Of a stretch of DNA of 64,000 nucleotides, positions 50,201 through 59,769 are shown piece by piece. Position numbers and translations under genes: made by a program. Within the stretch, counting starts at the first letter, position 1, and each line of letters begins with the position of its first letter. Origin of the DNA: Alphaproteobacteria bacterium (lineage in GTDB: Bacteria > Pseudomonadota > Alphaproteobacteria > MPNO01 > UBA830); the NCBI GenBank assembly GCA_964291215.2, contig OZ219791.1:2176001-2240000 (forward strand), given 5' to 3'. Below the pieces are notes generated by a model that ran no database searches, was not told the origin of the DNA, and was given only the letters and a program-made list of their open reading frames with translations.

Positions 50201-51146
50201 CGTCCGCAATGCCATTTTGCGCGGCAAGCGCGAGGCCGGCCGGTTGCACCGAGCGTTCGGGATGCGGGAGCGTGTCGAAGCGGAAGGCGGCCGGATCGAC
50301 GTGTTCGACACGATCATTAAATCGGGTGTGCCGCTTTTGTTCAAGCCGCTAGAAGGATTGCTCGGCGTTTTCATCAATGAGCCGATGCCCGGTGTCATGG
50401 TGACGACGAAGCGGGGACTCAGTATTCAGCGCTTCACCGGCGCTCATGAGCTGGGGCATTGCGTCCTCGATCATCGTCCGAGTCTTGATGATGAGTCGAT
50501 TTTGCGACGGTCGCCGTTCAATACCACGCCGGATTACGAGCAGCAGGAACTCGAAGCGGACGCATTCGCCACGGAGTTCATGATGCCGCCTTGGCTGTTC
50601 GTGGCGCATTTCCTGCGACACGAGTGGACGCCTGCGTTGATGGCGGATCCGCTGATGGTCTATCAACTCTCGCTGCGGATCGGTACGAGCTATGAGGCCA
50701 CATGCCGATCATTGATGCGGCCCGGCGTTGCCGTGATACAGAAGAACACGGTCGATAACCTGCTCCGTGTGCAGCCCAAGGCCATCAAGAAAGCGTTGCT
50801 TGGAGACTATGAACCGCCCGACTGGCGGCGGGATGTCTGGCTGCTGACGAAAAATGACGAAGGTGCCGTCATCGAGGGCAGCCGTTCGGACCTCTTTGTG
50901 CTCAAGTTGAAAGAACACAGCGGGTCCGGCTATGTCTGGACCTTCGAAGAACTCAACGAAGCGGGCTTTGCCGTTGTCCGCGACGAGCGTGAGGGACCGG
51001 ACGGCGAAACAATCGGCGGGCACGTGATGCGGTCGATTACGGCGCGCTCCGAAGGACCGCAACAGGGACGAATGGCACTTGCAGAGCGGCGCCCATGGCT
51101 TGCCGAAGGCGCACCACTGGCCTCATTCTGCGTCCACTTGACCTGA
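50193..51146 (+). CDS. ImmA/IrrE-family Zn metallopeptidase with C-terminal chagasin-like (I42) domain; native end probably 51208
   Basis: RFTGAHELGH (HExxH), ELEADAFATEFMMP, SYEA; C-terminal LKEHSGSGYVW and RRPW loops. Confidence 0.8.
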   Translation: MADVRNAILRGKREAGRLHRAFGMRERVEAEGGRIDVFDTIIKSGVPLLFKPLEGLLGVFINEPMPGVMVTTKRGLSIQRFTGAHELGHCVLDHRPSLDDESILRRSPFNTTPDYEQQELEADAFATEFMMPPWLFVAHFLRHEWTPALMADPLMVYQLSLRIGTSYEATCRSLMRPGVAVIQKNTVDNLLRVQPKAIKKALLGDYEPPDWRRDVWLLTKNDEGAVIEGSRSDLFVLKLKEHSGSGYVWTFEELNEAGFAVVRDEREGPDGETIGGHVMRSITARSEGPQQGRMALAERRPWLAEGAPLASFCVHLT

Positions 51147-51207
51147 GCGGGCCGCAAGGCGAAGGGATATCGCGAGCCGAGCGGCAGCATCTGCTGGGAG
51201 CCGCCTG

Positions 51208-51909
51208 ATGGAGGTCACGGTCGAATGTGACCTGCGTCATTTGTTCGGTCCGGCGCGCGATCAAGGCGTGCGGCCAACCTGCATGGCCTTCGCGGCAAGT
51301 GACGCCCACGCGGCGGCCCGGCCGGACTGGGTTCCACTGTCGTGCGAATACGCCTATTTCCATGCACTGAGACGGGACGGGGGCAACCCAGATGACGGGA
51401 CAACGCTCACTGCGATACTGACGGCGATCAAAGAGGACGGACAGCCGCCGGAGACGACCTGGGCGTACCTGCCGCGCATGCCGGCCGACTTTGCGCTATG
51501 GAAGCCGCCCGAAAGCGTCAGCCTTCTTTACCGGCGTGCCAACGCCCATGGCCGCGCATCACTCACCGCAATCCGTACAGGACTAGATGCCGGAGTACCG
51601 ATGATTACAACGATGTGCCTGTCCGATGCATTCTTCCAGCCCGACCCGGACAGCATCATCGACGCATGCGAGCCACCCGACCCGCAGCGGCGGCACGCGA
51701 TTATCGCGGTCGGCTATGGCACTCGGAGTGGCAACCGACTGATCCTTGTACGGAATAGCTGGGGCACGGGCTGGGGCGCCGATGGTTATGCGTGGGTAAG
51801 CGAAAGCTATCTTGCACCCCGTTTGTACGATTTTGCAGAAATGAAAGAGGATCTGACGAGTGTACCTGCCGATCCCAACGCAGCCAACGTGCGCAACAGC
51901 GTGGCTTGA
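51208..51909 (+). CDS. Papain-like C1 cysteine peptidase without signal or propeptide
   Basis: DQGVRPTCMAFA (Gln/Cys), HAIIAVGYG (His), VRNSWGTGWGADGY (Asn). Confidence 0.9.
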   Translation: MEVTVECDLRHLFGPARDQGVRPTCMAFAASDAHAAARPDWVPLSCEYAYFHALRRDGGNPDDGTTLTAILTAIKEDGQPPETTWAYLPRMPADFALWKPPESVSLLYRRANAHGRASLTAIRTGLDAGVPMITTMCLSDAFFQPDPDSIIDACEPPDPQRRHAIIAVGYGTRSGNRLILVRNSWGTGWGADGYAWVSESYLAPRLYDFAEMKEDLTSVPADPNAANVRNSVA

Positions 51910-52668
51910 GGCCTTGGTGGCTGTCGACAAGGAGCCCGGCCACGAAGCGCACAATGTGATTATCGACATGGCCGAGCCGCTGGTGCAGACCGCCGTCGAC
52001 GCGCGCATGATGAAGGTCGCCGACGATTTCTTACGTGACCGTGGCGCAATGCCCCTGCAATCCGTGGCGAATACGATCTTCCCGGAGGGTCTATACCGGC
52101 GGCACGGCGCGCCTGCTCTCTATCACGTGTATGGACAGGTTTACCAGCAGGTAAAGAAGAAGCAAGGCGATTGGGGCCGGTATTTTGAACGGATGATTCG
52201 CCGCCCGACTACAAACGGCAAGAACATCAATCCTCTCGCCGACATGATTGCGAAAATGACGCAGCATGTTCACGGTGGCGGCAAAACGTTCCGCAACATA
52301 TACGAGTTGACCGTTTCCGATCCAGCTCTCGATGTGCCCATCTATGATCCCGAACGTGATGCCGGGCCGGTGATGAACCGACAGTGCATGAGCTTCCTGA
52401 GCTTCAAGCTTGATCATGAAAACGCATGATGCTGACCGCCTTGTACCGGAACCACTATTACATCGAACGGCTGTTCGGCAATCTGATTGGCCTCGCTCGG
52501 CTGATGGCTTTCGTTGGGCGCGAGGCCAATGTGCCGGTTGGTCCGCTGACCGTCATCTCCACCCACGCCGAAATCGACACGCGGCGCGGCTGGAAGCGCC
52601 ACGATATCAAAGAGCTAATCGCTGCGTGTCGGGAAGCCACAGCTCAAAAGGTGAGCGTCGTCGCGTAG
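51860..52668 (+). pseudogene. Divergent thymidylate-synthase-like protein, split by a frameshift near 52425
   Basis: AWL N-terminus, YFERM, QCMSFLSF (catalytic Cys), then LTALYRNH...GNLIGLARL...VGPLTVISTHA in the next frame. Confidence 0.7.
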
Positions 52669-52672
52669 CCGA

Positions 52673-53323
52673 TTACCTGCCTGCGCTGGCGGTGCAACGC
52701 ACGCCGTAAAGGTCGCACATGCTGTGAATGAACTCCTTCTGCCCGCCATAACTGGGATGCCGGACGGCGGTCGACGCAAGATCAAGGTGGGAAAGCGCTT
52801 GCTGCGCATCGCGGCCTATGGCGACGAGGCGCCGGGGCTGCAGCATTTGCATCAGGGTCAACAAAATATCGTGGAACATGTCCCGCTCCGCGCGTGTATG
52901 ACGGCGGTTAGAAAGGGGGTCGCCAGTCTTGAAGGGGTGAAGCGGGAATACGTTCCACAGGAAGATTGGCCTGTCAATTTGGGTGAGCACCTTCCAGACG
53001 ATGGCTGCTGTGCGCTCAGCCATAGGTGGCCCTTTCGTCGCGCGTGAGATCGAGACCCCGTAAATCTCCCTGAACGTCTGCAAGTGAATTTCGTCCGTGA
53101 GCGGCAGCCCGGTTTGGCGTCCACCACGATAACCCAGATCGCGCGCAAGCCAAATTGAGTCCACTTCTTCATCCGCAACGGTTTCAAGAAAAGCGCGCAA
53201 ATTAGCGTGCCGCCTTTTCGGAGCGTCAGCGCGGTCATGGACCGGGCATACGTCTCTGTACGGATTGAAAACAGCGTCGAGATGGACGGCGCTCAAGGCG
53301 TCGACGAGGGCAGACGGTTTCAT
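52673..53323 (-). CDS. Uracil-DNA glycosylase superfamily protein
   Basis: FNPY, DLGYRGGRQTGLPLTDE, ERTA, WNVFPLHP, NR, VRHPSYGG. Confidence 0.8.
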   Translation of the reverse strand: MKPSALVDALSAVHLDAVFNPYRDVCPVHDRADAPKRRHANLRAFLETVADEEVDSIWLARDLGYRGGRQTGLPLTDEIHLQTFREIYGVSISRATKGPPMAERTAAIVWKVLTQIDRPIFLWNVFPLHPFKTGDPLSNRRHTRAERDMFHDILLTLMQMLQPRRLVAIGRDAQQALSHLDLASTAVRHPSYGGQKEFIHSMCDLYGVRCTASAGR

Positions 53324-54555
53324 GCGGCCAACCTCTCAAAGGTTATGTTTCGTTCATTCAGATCGACGATAACACTACCGCGTCTGTGCTCGCGTAGCGC
53401 ACGAAACACTTCATAGCCGCTCAGGATTGCCTATTCCCATAGCCAGAGCGGGCAGCGCTCTGGTTCATATCCGGTGACGAGCGCCCGCGCATTTTTGAGA
53501 AGGCCGTAATCGACGCCGCTTAAATTCTCGAAAAAATTCACCTGCGTAGCGTGATTGAATATCCAGGTCGCAACACCTTCCTCAATCAGTATGGCGCGAG
53601 CTCCGTCCTCGGCCTCATTGATCTCGGGACGGCTTTTGCGCTTGACCCGGAAGAGCGCCCGCATGACCGGGGACCACCCCAGTTTGGCCGCGTAAGCAAG
53701 ATGGAAAACATCATGGAAGCAATAATCGTCTTTTTCCAGCTTGTTGTCGGTAAGCCGGTCACCGACGTTGACGTCATTGCAGCGCAAAAAAACATACATC
53801 TTTTTGTCCACCGTCTTCTCGAAAATCTGCATCTCTATACGTCGCGGAATCTGCTCCCCGGAATCATATTCGTCGTCGAAGAGCGGCGGATAGATGCACT
53901 TCAGTGGCCAGCGGTCGTAAATCTTGGAGAGATTGCGATGCGCGGCTTCGCCCAAGCTGACGCCGACATTGTTAGCAGCTTTTATAATAGTACGGAATAC
54001 AGTTTCCATGTGGTCCGAAAGGTCACCGGACCCGTCCGCGATTTGACCTGCCGAAAAATCGGCGATCAGTTTGCCAACCTCGCCGGCCAAACGGATGAGC
54101 GTTGTCTCGAACACGGCTTCGGCGTCCGGTCCTGAGACCGACAACGTTGGCTGAAGCCTTGAAAAGGTGATGTCTGGCACGCTATCGTTGGAACCGCCGT
54201 CACTGATGCGGCTGGCGAGCACTGGAAGCGTTATCTGTGCCCGGCTGGCCAAGCGGGAGAAATACCAAAGGATGTCCCCCAACTCTTCGATGACTGACTG
54301 CTGGTAACCGAAATAGGAATCGGAATCGCGCTGCTTCTTCTTAAGTTCAGACAGCAGGCTTCCTGCCTCGCCAAACAGACCTAGCAGAGGGAAAGAAAGT
54401 CCCTCGGGCATCCGGTCTGTACCGCAGGACAGGGTTTGATATTGCGCGAGAGTGAGTTCGCAATAGGGAGCTTTCAGAACTGCCTCAAGCGCACCTGACA
54501 TTTTGTCGCGCTGCTCCGCAGAGTTCTTGCTCTCGCCGAAACGGAGGTTCGCCAT
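53320..54555 (-). pseudogene. MazG-like NTP pyrophosphohydrolase with MazG-C domain; in-frame TAG at 53431-53433
   Basis: LFGEAGSLLSELKK...EELGDILWY, second degenerate repeat, GDRLTDN...FHDVFHLAYAAKLGWSPV.R...KRKS...EDGARA..IEEG; frame continues 36 more sense codons to a TGA overlapping the UDG start. Confidence 0.75.
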
Positions 54556-54655
54556 CAAATCCTCACATCCTACCGCAACTGGGGGAAGGGCCGATGATGA
54601 CCCCTCCTGCCCGGCCTCGTCGCAGTGGGCATTCCAACACGCCGTGCACGCTCGC

Positions 54656-54930
54656 CTACTCTCGTCTGGCACCGAAACTACCGACGATGCCGCGTTTCTC
54701 GAAGGCGCCCGCGGCTTCGGCATGGTTCGGGCCGTGGAAGCCGCCCCGGATGATATCCCCCGAGGCTCCGGAACCGAATGTGCCGTCCGCGCCGACCGGA
54801 ACGTCGTCGAAGCTGACGGCGCCGACGGACCAGGCATCGCCGTTCGCATTATCCCTGATGTTGTCGATCGCCACGTCGATCATGCCGGCCGCAGCGCTCC
54901 AGGAGAGAGTCGCGTCCCCGGCCAGGCGGG
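54656..54930 (-). pseudogene. C-terminal fragment of a TbpB-like beta-barrel surface lipoprotein
   Basis: GDATL...IDVAIDNI...IRGGFHGPNHAEAAGAFEKRGIVGSFGARRE*. Confidence 0.5.
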
Positions 54931-54939
54931 TTCCGACCG

Positions 54940-55420
54940 CGGCTCCCCGCTCGCTGGCGATTTCCATGCCTTCGCCGAGGCCGGCCGCCGTCTCGCGGCA
55001 CTGCATCTCGGCTACGAGACCTGCGAGGAATATCCGCTGCGGCTCGACTATGCCGGGAAGGGCGCGCCTGCGCTGGCGCAGTTCCGGCTTGGCCATCGCG
55101 CCATGCGCTTCGCCGACGCGGACCGGACCGTTCTCATCGTCAACGACCTGGTCCGCCTGTCGGGCATCCCCCCGCAAGCACACGAGTATCGGGTCAACGG
55201 GCGCACCCCGCTCGAATGGCTGATCGATCGCTACCGTATCGTCCGCGACCGGCAGAGCGGCATCGTCAATGACCCCAACGGCTGGTTCGACGACCCGCGT
55301 GACCTGATACCGGCGCTGCGCCGCATCGTGCAGGTCAGCGTGGAGACCGTTGCCATCATTGCGGGCCTTCCCTGTCCGTTCGCGGAACTGCGGGAACAGT
55401 CGAACGGAGAGCGACCATGA
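54940..55420 (+). pseudogene. Type ISP restriction-modification enzyme, C-terminal specificity-domain fragment
   Basis: FAEAGRRLAALHLGYE, IPPQAHEYRVNGRTPLEWLIDRY...SGIVNDPN...IVQVSVET..I..LP. Confidence 0.75.
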
Positions 55421-56859
55421 CGGTCGAGCGGATCGCGCGAATGGTATCGGCGGGTGAATCCGAAACGCTTGAGTTCAAGACCACGACCGGGACGCGCCGC
55501 GAGGCGGTACGAACCGTCTGCGCGATGCTTAACCAGCAGGGCGGCCTGGTCCTGTTCGGCGTCACGCCGGAAGGCCGCGTGGTCGGACAGCAGGTGAGCG
55601 AACGCACAATCGAGGAGGTGAGCGCTGAGCTCTCGAGAATAGATCCGCCCGCATTTCCGGCGATTGAACGCATCCCAGTTAAAGAAGGTCTCGAGATCGT
55701 CGCCGTCACTGTCGTGCGCGGGCAAGTCGGACCCTACATGTACCGTGGCAAGGCGTACCGGCGGGTCGGCAACACAACCGTCGAGATGGACACGGGCGAG
55801 TACCGCCAAATGCTCTTCGAGCGCATGCACAGCGAGCGGCGCTGGGAGAACCAGCCTGCGGAGGGATGGTCGGTCGACGAACTGGACGCACAGGAAATTC
55901 GCACCACCGTGGAGGAAGCGGTGCGGCGAGGCCGGATCGAAGATCCCGGCACCCGCGAACCCGGCGATCTGCTTCGTGGCCTCGGACTTTACCGGGACGG
56001 AATACTGTGGCGGGCGGCGGTTGCGCTGTTCGGCACCGAGGAACGGATCACTTTCGATATGCCGCAGTGCCTGCTCCGCGTCGCGCGCTTCCGGGGTATT
56101 GATCGCACGGAGTTTGTCGACAATCGTCAATTTCATGGCAACGCCTTTTCACTGCTCAAGGCCGCCGAACGCTTCCTGCGCGACAGCCTGCCCATCGCGG
56201 GTCACATTGAGGAGGGTCACATTGAGCGAGTCGACAAGCCGCTCATTCCTCCACTTGCGACGCGCGAGGCGCTGGCGAACGCGCTTTGCCATCGTGACTA
56301 TTCTATCGGTGGCGGTTCCGTGGGCGTTGCGATCTACGATGATCGCTTGGAGGTCACGTCGACCGGGACGCTGCATTTCGGGCTGACACCCGAAAAGTTG
56401 TTTGCACCGCACGAGTCGATACCCTGGAATCCGCTGCTCGCCGATGTCTTTTACCGTCGCGGCATCATTGAGCGCTGGGGACGTGGAACGCTGAAGATGG
56501 CGGAAGTGACAATCGCAACTGGATTACCGCAGCCCGAAATCGAGGATGCTGGAGGGTGCGTGACGGTTAGATTCCGCCATCCGTCGGCATCAATGCATAT
56601 CGTCGCGAAAGAGCGTATGGTTATTGCCGACGAATCAAATGTGCAGGTGCAGAAATTGAGCGAGGTGCAGCGGAGCGTCCTTGATCTCTTGGACCATACC
56701 GACCATCCTCTAGCACTTCGCGAAATACACGCTCGTTTGGCTGGATCTCTGAGTCTTCGTCAGGTGAAGAGGGTATTGGGCCGATTGCGGGAACTCGGAT
56801 TTGCAACATCGACGGGTCATGGGGTATCGGCTCGATGGAACCGCGCGCAAGGACAATAG
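55417..56859 (+). CDS. Schlafen/AlbA_2 + HATPase_c_4 + wHTH protein
   Basis: ESETLEFK, VCAMLNQQGG..LFGV, REALANALCHRDY, DRLEVTSTG, NPLLA, IERWGRG, C-terminal wHTH. Confidence 0.85.
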   Translation: MTVERIARMVSAGESETLEFKTTTGTRREAVRTVCAMLNQQGGLVLFGVTPEGRVVGQQVSERTIEEVSAELSRIDPPAFPAIERIPVKEGLEIVAVTVVRGQVGPYMYRGKAYRRVGNTTVEMDTGEYRQMLFERMHSERRWENQPAEGWSVDELDAQEIRTTVEEAVRRGRIEDPGTREPGDLLRGLGLYRDGILWRAAVALFGTEERITFDMPQCLLRVARFRGIDRTEFVDNRQFHGNAFSLLKAAERFLRDSLPIAGHIEEGHIERVDKPLIPPLATREALANALCHRDYSIGGGSVGVAIYDDRLEVTSTGTLHFGLTPEKLFAPHESIPWNPLLADVFYRRGIIERWGRGTLKMAEVTIATGLPQPEIEDAGGCVTVRFRHPSASMHIVAKERMVIADESNVQVQKLSEVQRSVLDLLDHTDHPLALREIHARLAGSLSLRQVKRVLGRLRELGFATSTGHGVSARWNRAQGQ

Positions 56860-56998
56860 ACCCAATTGGACCGGCCCTATCGGTCTAATGGAGGGTCATT
56901 GGAAGACAAGCAGAAATCCGCACCTCGTGGAGAGACACTCCCGGAAATCTCTGATCGAACAGTTGGAGGTTCATCTTGCGGAGACCGGGTGTTCAACG

Positions 56999-57123
56999 GT
57001 AAGCGTTCGGTCACGCGGTGACGACTGATTCTGGTTGGTTCCGAGCCTTCTGACAATCTGCCGACAAAACGCATCCTCAACCGGTGACGATCACCAACGA
57101 TCACCCCGTGACCGAACGCTTAC
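56999..57123. mobile_element. IS66-type MITE, 125 bp
   Basis: TIR GTAAGCGTTCGGTCACG / CGTGACCGAACGCTTAC; 8-bp TSD GTTCAACG. Confidence 0.88.
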
Positions 57124-57202
57124 GTTCAACGAAACATCCCATAATTACTAAATTATTCCGATAAATCAAATGGTTGTGATGGGTCAGGCCGGGACTCCGA
57201 TC

Positions 57203-59150
57203 GTAAGCGTTCGTTCGTGCGGTGAGGTGTTGTTGTTTTCGTCCGTTTGACGGGCTTTTGTCAGGGAGTTCCAGCGTCACCCGGAGCGGTTTCGTGCGCC
57301 GGGATGCGCGGTGAGGGGCACTGGCGTCATGCCGTGTTTTCCGCATTGGTTGCGGTTTTGTCTTGGCGCTGCGGAGGAGGAGCTGAGCGCCATCCTGTGC
57401 CGGTTGCAGGGTTCAGAGGGTCCGCTTCCAGTCCTTGCGGAGCGGGCCAGATGTCCTTCTTCGGCTTCTGTCATGTCGGTCGTGGCGGCCGCTGGTTGTT
57501 CCGACGCGGCCGGCAGACGCCGCGACGCGGGACCTCGACCAAGGTCTCGCAGGGCACGGGCGTGGTGTTGTAGCGCGCGGTCCATGCGGCGGTCGAGAAG
57601 CAGCGGCTCGCCGCATGGACCGCGTAGCGCATCTGCGGCGTCGACCAGGCGCGTGTATCCGAGGCAGTGTCAGCGGGCAGAGCTCGTCGAGGGTCTTCGG
57701 GGCGGCGGTGTGATCAGCTTCGGGGCTGGCGGCGGCAGAAGGCGCGGGCGATGGGGTCCGCTCCGTGATCGTCGCAGCACTGCGCGACCATGAAGTCGCG
57801 CCCTCGACCTCGCCGCTCACGGCGGCGCCGCGAATCTCCGCCGCCTCTCCGGGCTCACGGCAACCGGGGCGACAGATCGCCGGGCCGCCGTCCTCCGCGC
57901 AGGCGCCAGCGCAGAACGTCGAGGCCGCTCCTCTCGACCGTGCCGTGTACATGACAGCCGTCCATGCTGTCGGAACCGAAGCCGGGCTTCTGCCCGGGCC
58001 CCTGACAGCCCTTTCCCCGAAATTGTTGTCCATGGTCGACGAACACGCGATGGTTGAGCGCAGCGGCCTGCCTTCCGGCGCCGCTTTCGGAAGCTTCGGC
58101 GCTTCCGCAAACAGCGACCGCAGTCTCCGGCGCCGCCTGCGCGGCCTCGAACTCCGCCGACAATGCGCCCGGCAACAGCACAGGATGATGAAGGGCCACA
58201 GGCGCGCCAGCTTCTTGCAGGCGCCGTAGCGGTCGCAGACATGGGGGCGTCCGCGCGAACAGCTTCGCCGCGACCTCGGCGCTGCGCGAGGGAGAGGACC
58301 GCGTCACGACTGACCGATGTCCGGAGCCAGGCGCGACTTTCGGACCTCCCTCAGGGCCCGGATGCATCGGCATGGCGCAGACCCCGGTGCGCGAGGATCG
58401 CGTCCCGAAGCGGCTCGAACAGGGGCAGCATCCGGCTCGCTGGCCAGCGTTTCCGGCGAAAGCCCCTGGTCGGTTAGCCGCGACGCGGCGCAAGGGCCGC
58501 ATGCACGCACTCGTGCAGCACATGCGTCCACACCCGAATGCGGTGCCGGGAAACAGCCGCCTCGCTCGGTGAACCGGGACAGTCACAGCCCCGGCGCGGG
58601 CGGACAATCCGCCGCTTGTGATCTCGATGATCCTGGTGCGAACCGTTGGCAACGTGCCGCAGCACGAGCAGGCATCCTCCGCCACCTCCAGCCGCTCCTC
58701 CACCTCCTTGAGCGCCGGCTGCGGCGTGCGGCCATGTGTCGCGCTGCTGGCCGCGCTTCGACGACGCCCGCTGCCTCTTCTCGCTCTTGCGCCCGTACAT
58801 CGACGACCTGTGAAGCTTGTCGTTCTCCGCCTCGAGCGCCCCGACCCTTCAGAACCTTCATCGCGGTCTTCAGGCCGGCATTCTCCATGCGCAGCGACAC
58901 CACCGTCGACCGCTTTCGCGCGCCAGCCTCGGCAAGAAGCTGGCCCGGACGCGCAACCTCCTGCTTCAGCGCAAGAGACTGCTTCGCCGTCCGCCGAACT
59001 TCCCTGACCTCCGCACGGGCAGCTGCCAGCTTCTCACGATTGCTCTCGAAAATCGCCTTCACCCAAGTTGGGACTTTTTGCAGCCTGGAATTTTTATCAC
59101 GTTGCGCGATTTTTTTGTCGGCCAATTTCAACATGGCACTACATTCCATT
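57203..59150 (-). mobile_element. Degenerate IS66-family element
   Basis: Terminal ~95 bp match the reverse complement of the 30225-30690 right end; MDNNFGERAVRGP, YGRKSE and coiled-coil TnpC fragments; far end approximate. Confidence 0.8.
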
Positions 59151-59740
59151 GAATTCTGTCAGCTTGTGAGGCGGCTCCTCGTGCGGCGGGTTCGACACCA
59201 GCCGCCGAGGAGATTTCGGCGACCTCGGCGGTGCGTGTCCTGTCGGTTGACGATCAATGTGCGCAGGCGCGTGGTGACCTTGGTTCCGCATGCTCTCGCG
59301 GATTGATGTCCGGCACTTGTCGATGCCCCGCGCGGGGATCAGATGCACCGCGGCGAGCACGGCGATCAACAGGTGGGCGGCGATGCGCTGGCCGGGCGCA
59401 ATCCGAGCTCGGATTTCAATGAACGGAAGGTGGCCTCGATATCCGTGTCCCGAGCATCCATGTTTCCTGGCAAGGTTTTTGCGGGTGTCTGCGGTGATGT
59501 TTTCTGTGGTTGTCCACAAGCGGTGTGGGATTTGCCCTGCGAGCGAGGCGACATGAAGCTTGTGGTCCCGGCGGCGGGTTGCCGTCCATTGGTCACGTGA
59601 ACGCGGCTACCTTGCCGCCCCCGGGCACGTGACCGTCCGGGTTCCAGGTGTCCCAAGGCGGTTCGATCTCCTCGATGTCGGCCTCGACGATGATCTGCAG
59701 ACATTCTCCCCAAGTCGTGTCGTAGTAGGGAGACTGTCGA
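59150..59740 (-). mobile_element. IS1634-like transposase remnant
   Basis: DIEATFRSLKSELGLRP and RIAAHLLIAVLA fragments; boundaries approximate. Confidence 0.55.
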
Positions 59741-59769
59741 TACAGTCCCGATCGCGCTCTCGGCAGGGG

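Noticed and set aside
52415-52430. Programmed ribosomal frameshift in the TS-like gene
   Set aside because: No canonical slippery heptamer or clear stimulatory structure; a single-base loss explains it
53431-53433. Pyrrolysine or programmed readthrough of the TAG in MazG
   Set aside because: No pyl genes or recoding signal are visible, and TAG is used as a normal stop elsewhere in the window; a nonsense mutation or sequencing error is simpler
54503-55420. 305-aa ORF as a real gene
   Set aside because: The first half is the antisense of a lipoprotein fragment; only the last ~160 codons resemble a type ISP domain
57132-57202. Possible att site at the right end of the island
   Set aside because: AT-rich and att-like in character, but I found no matching repeat near 46100-46360 or at either tRNA
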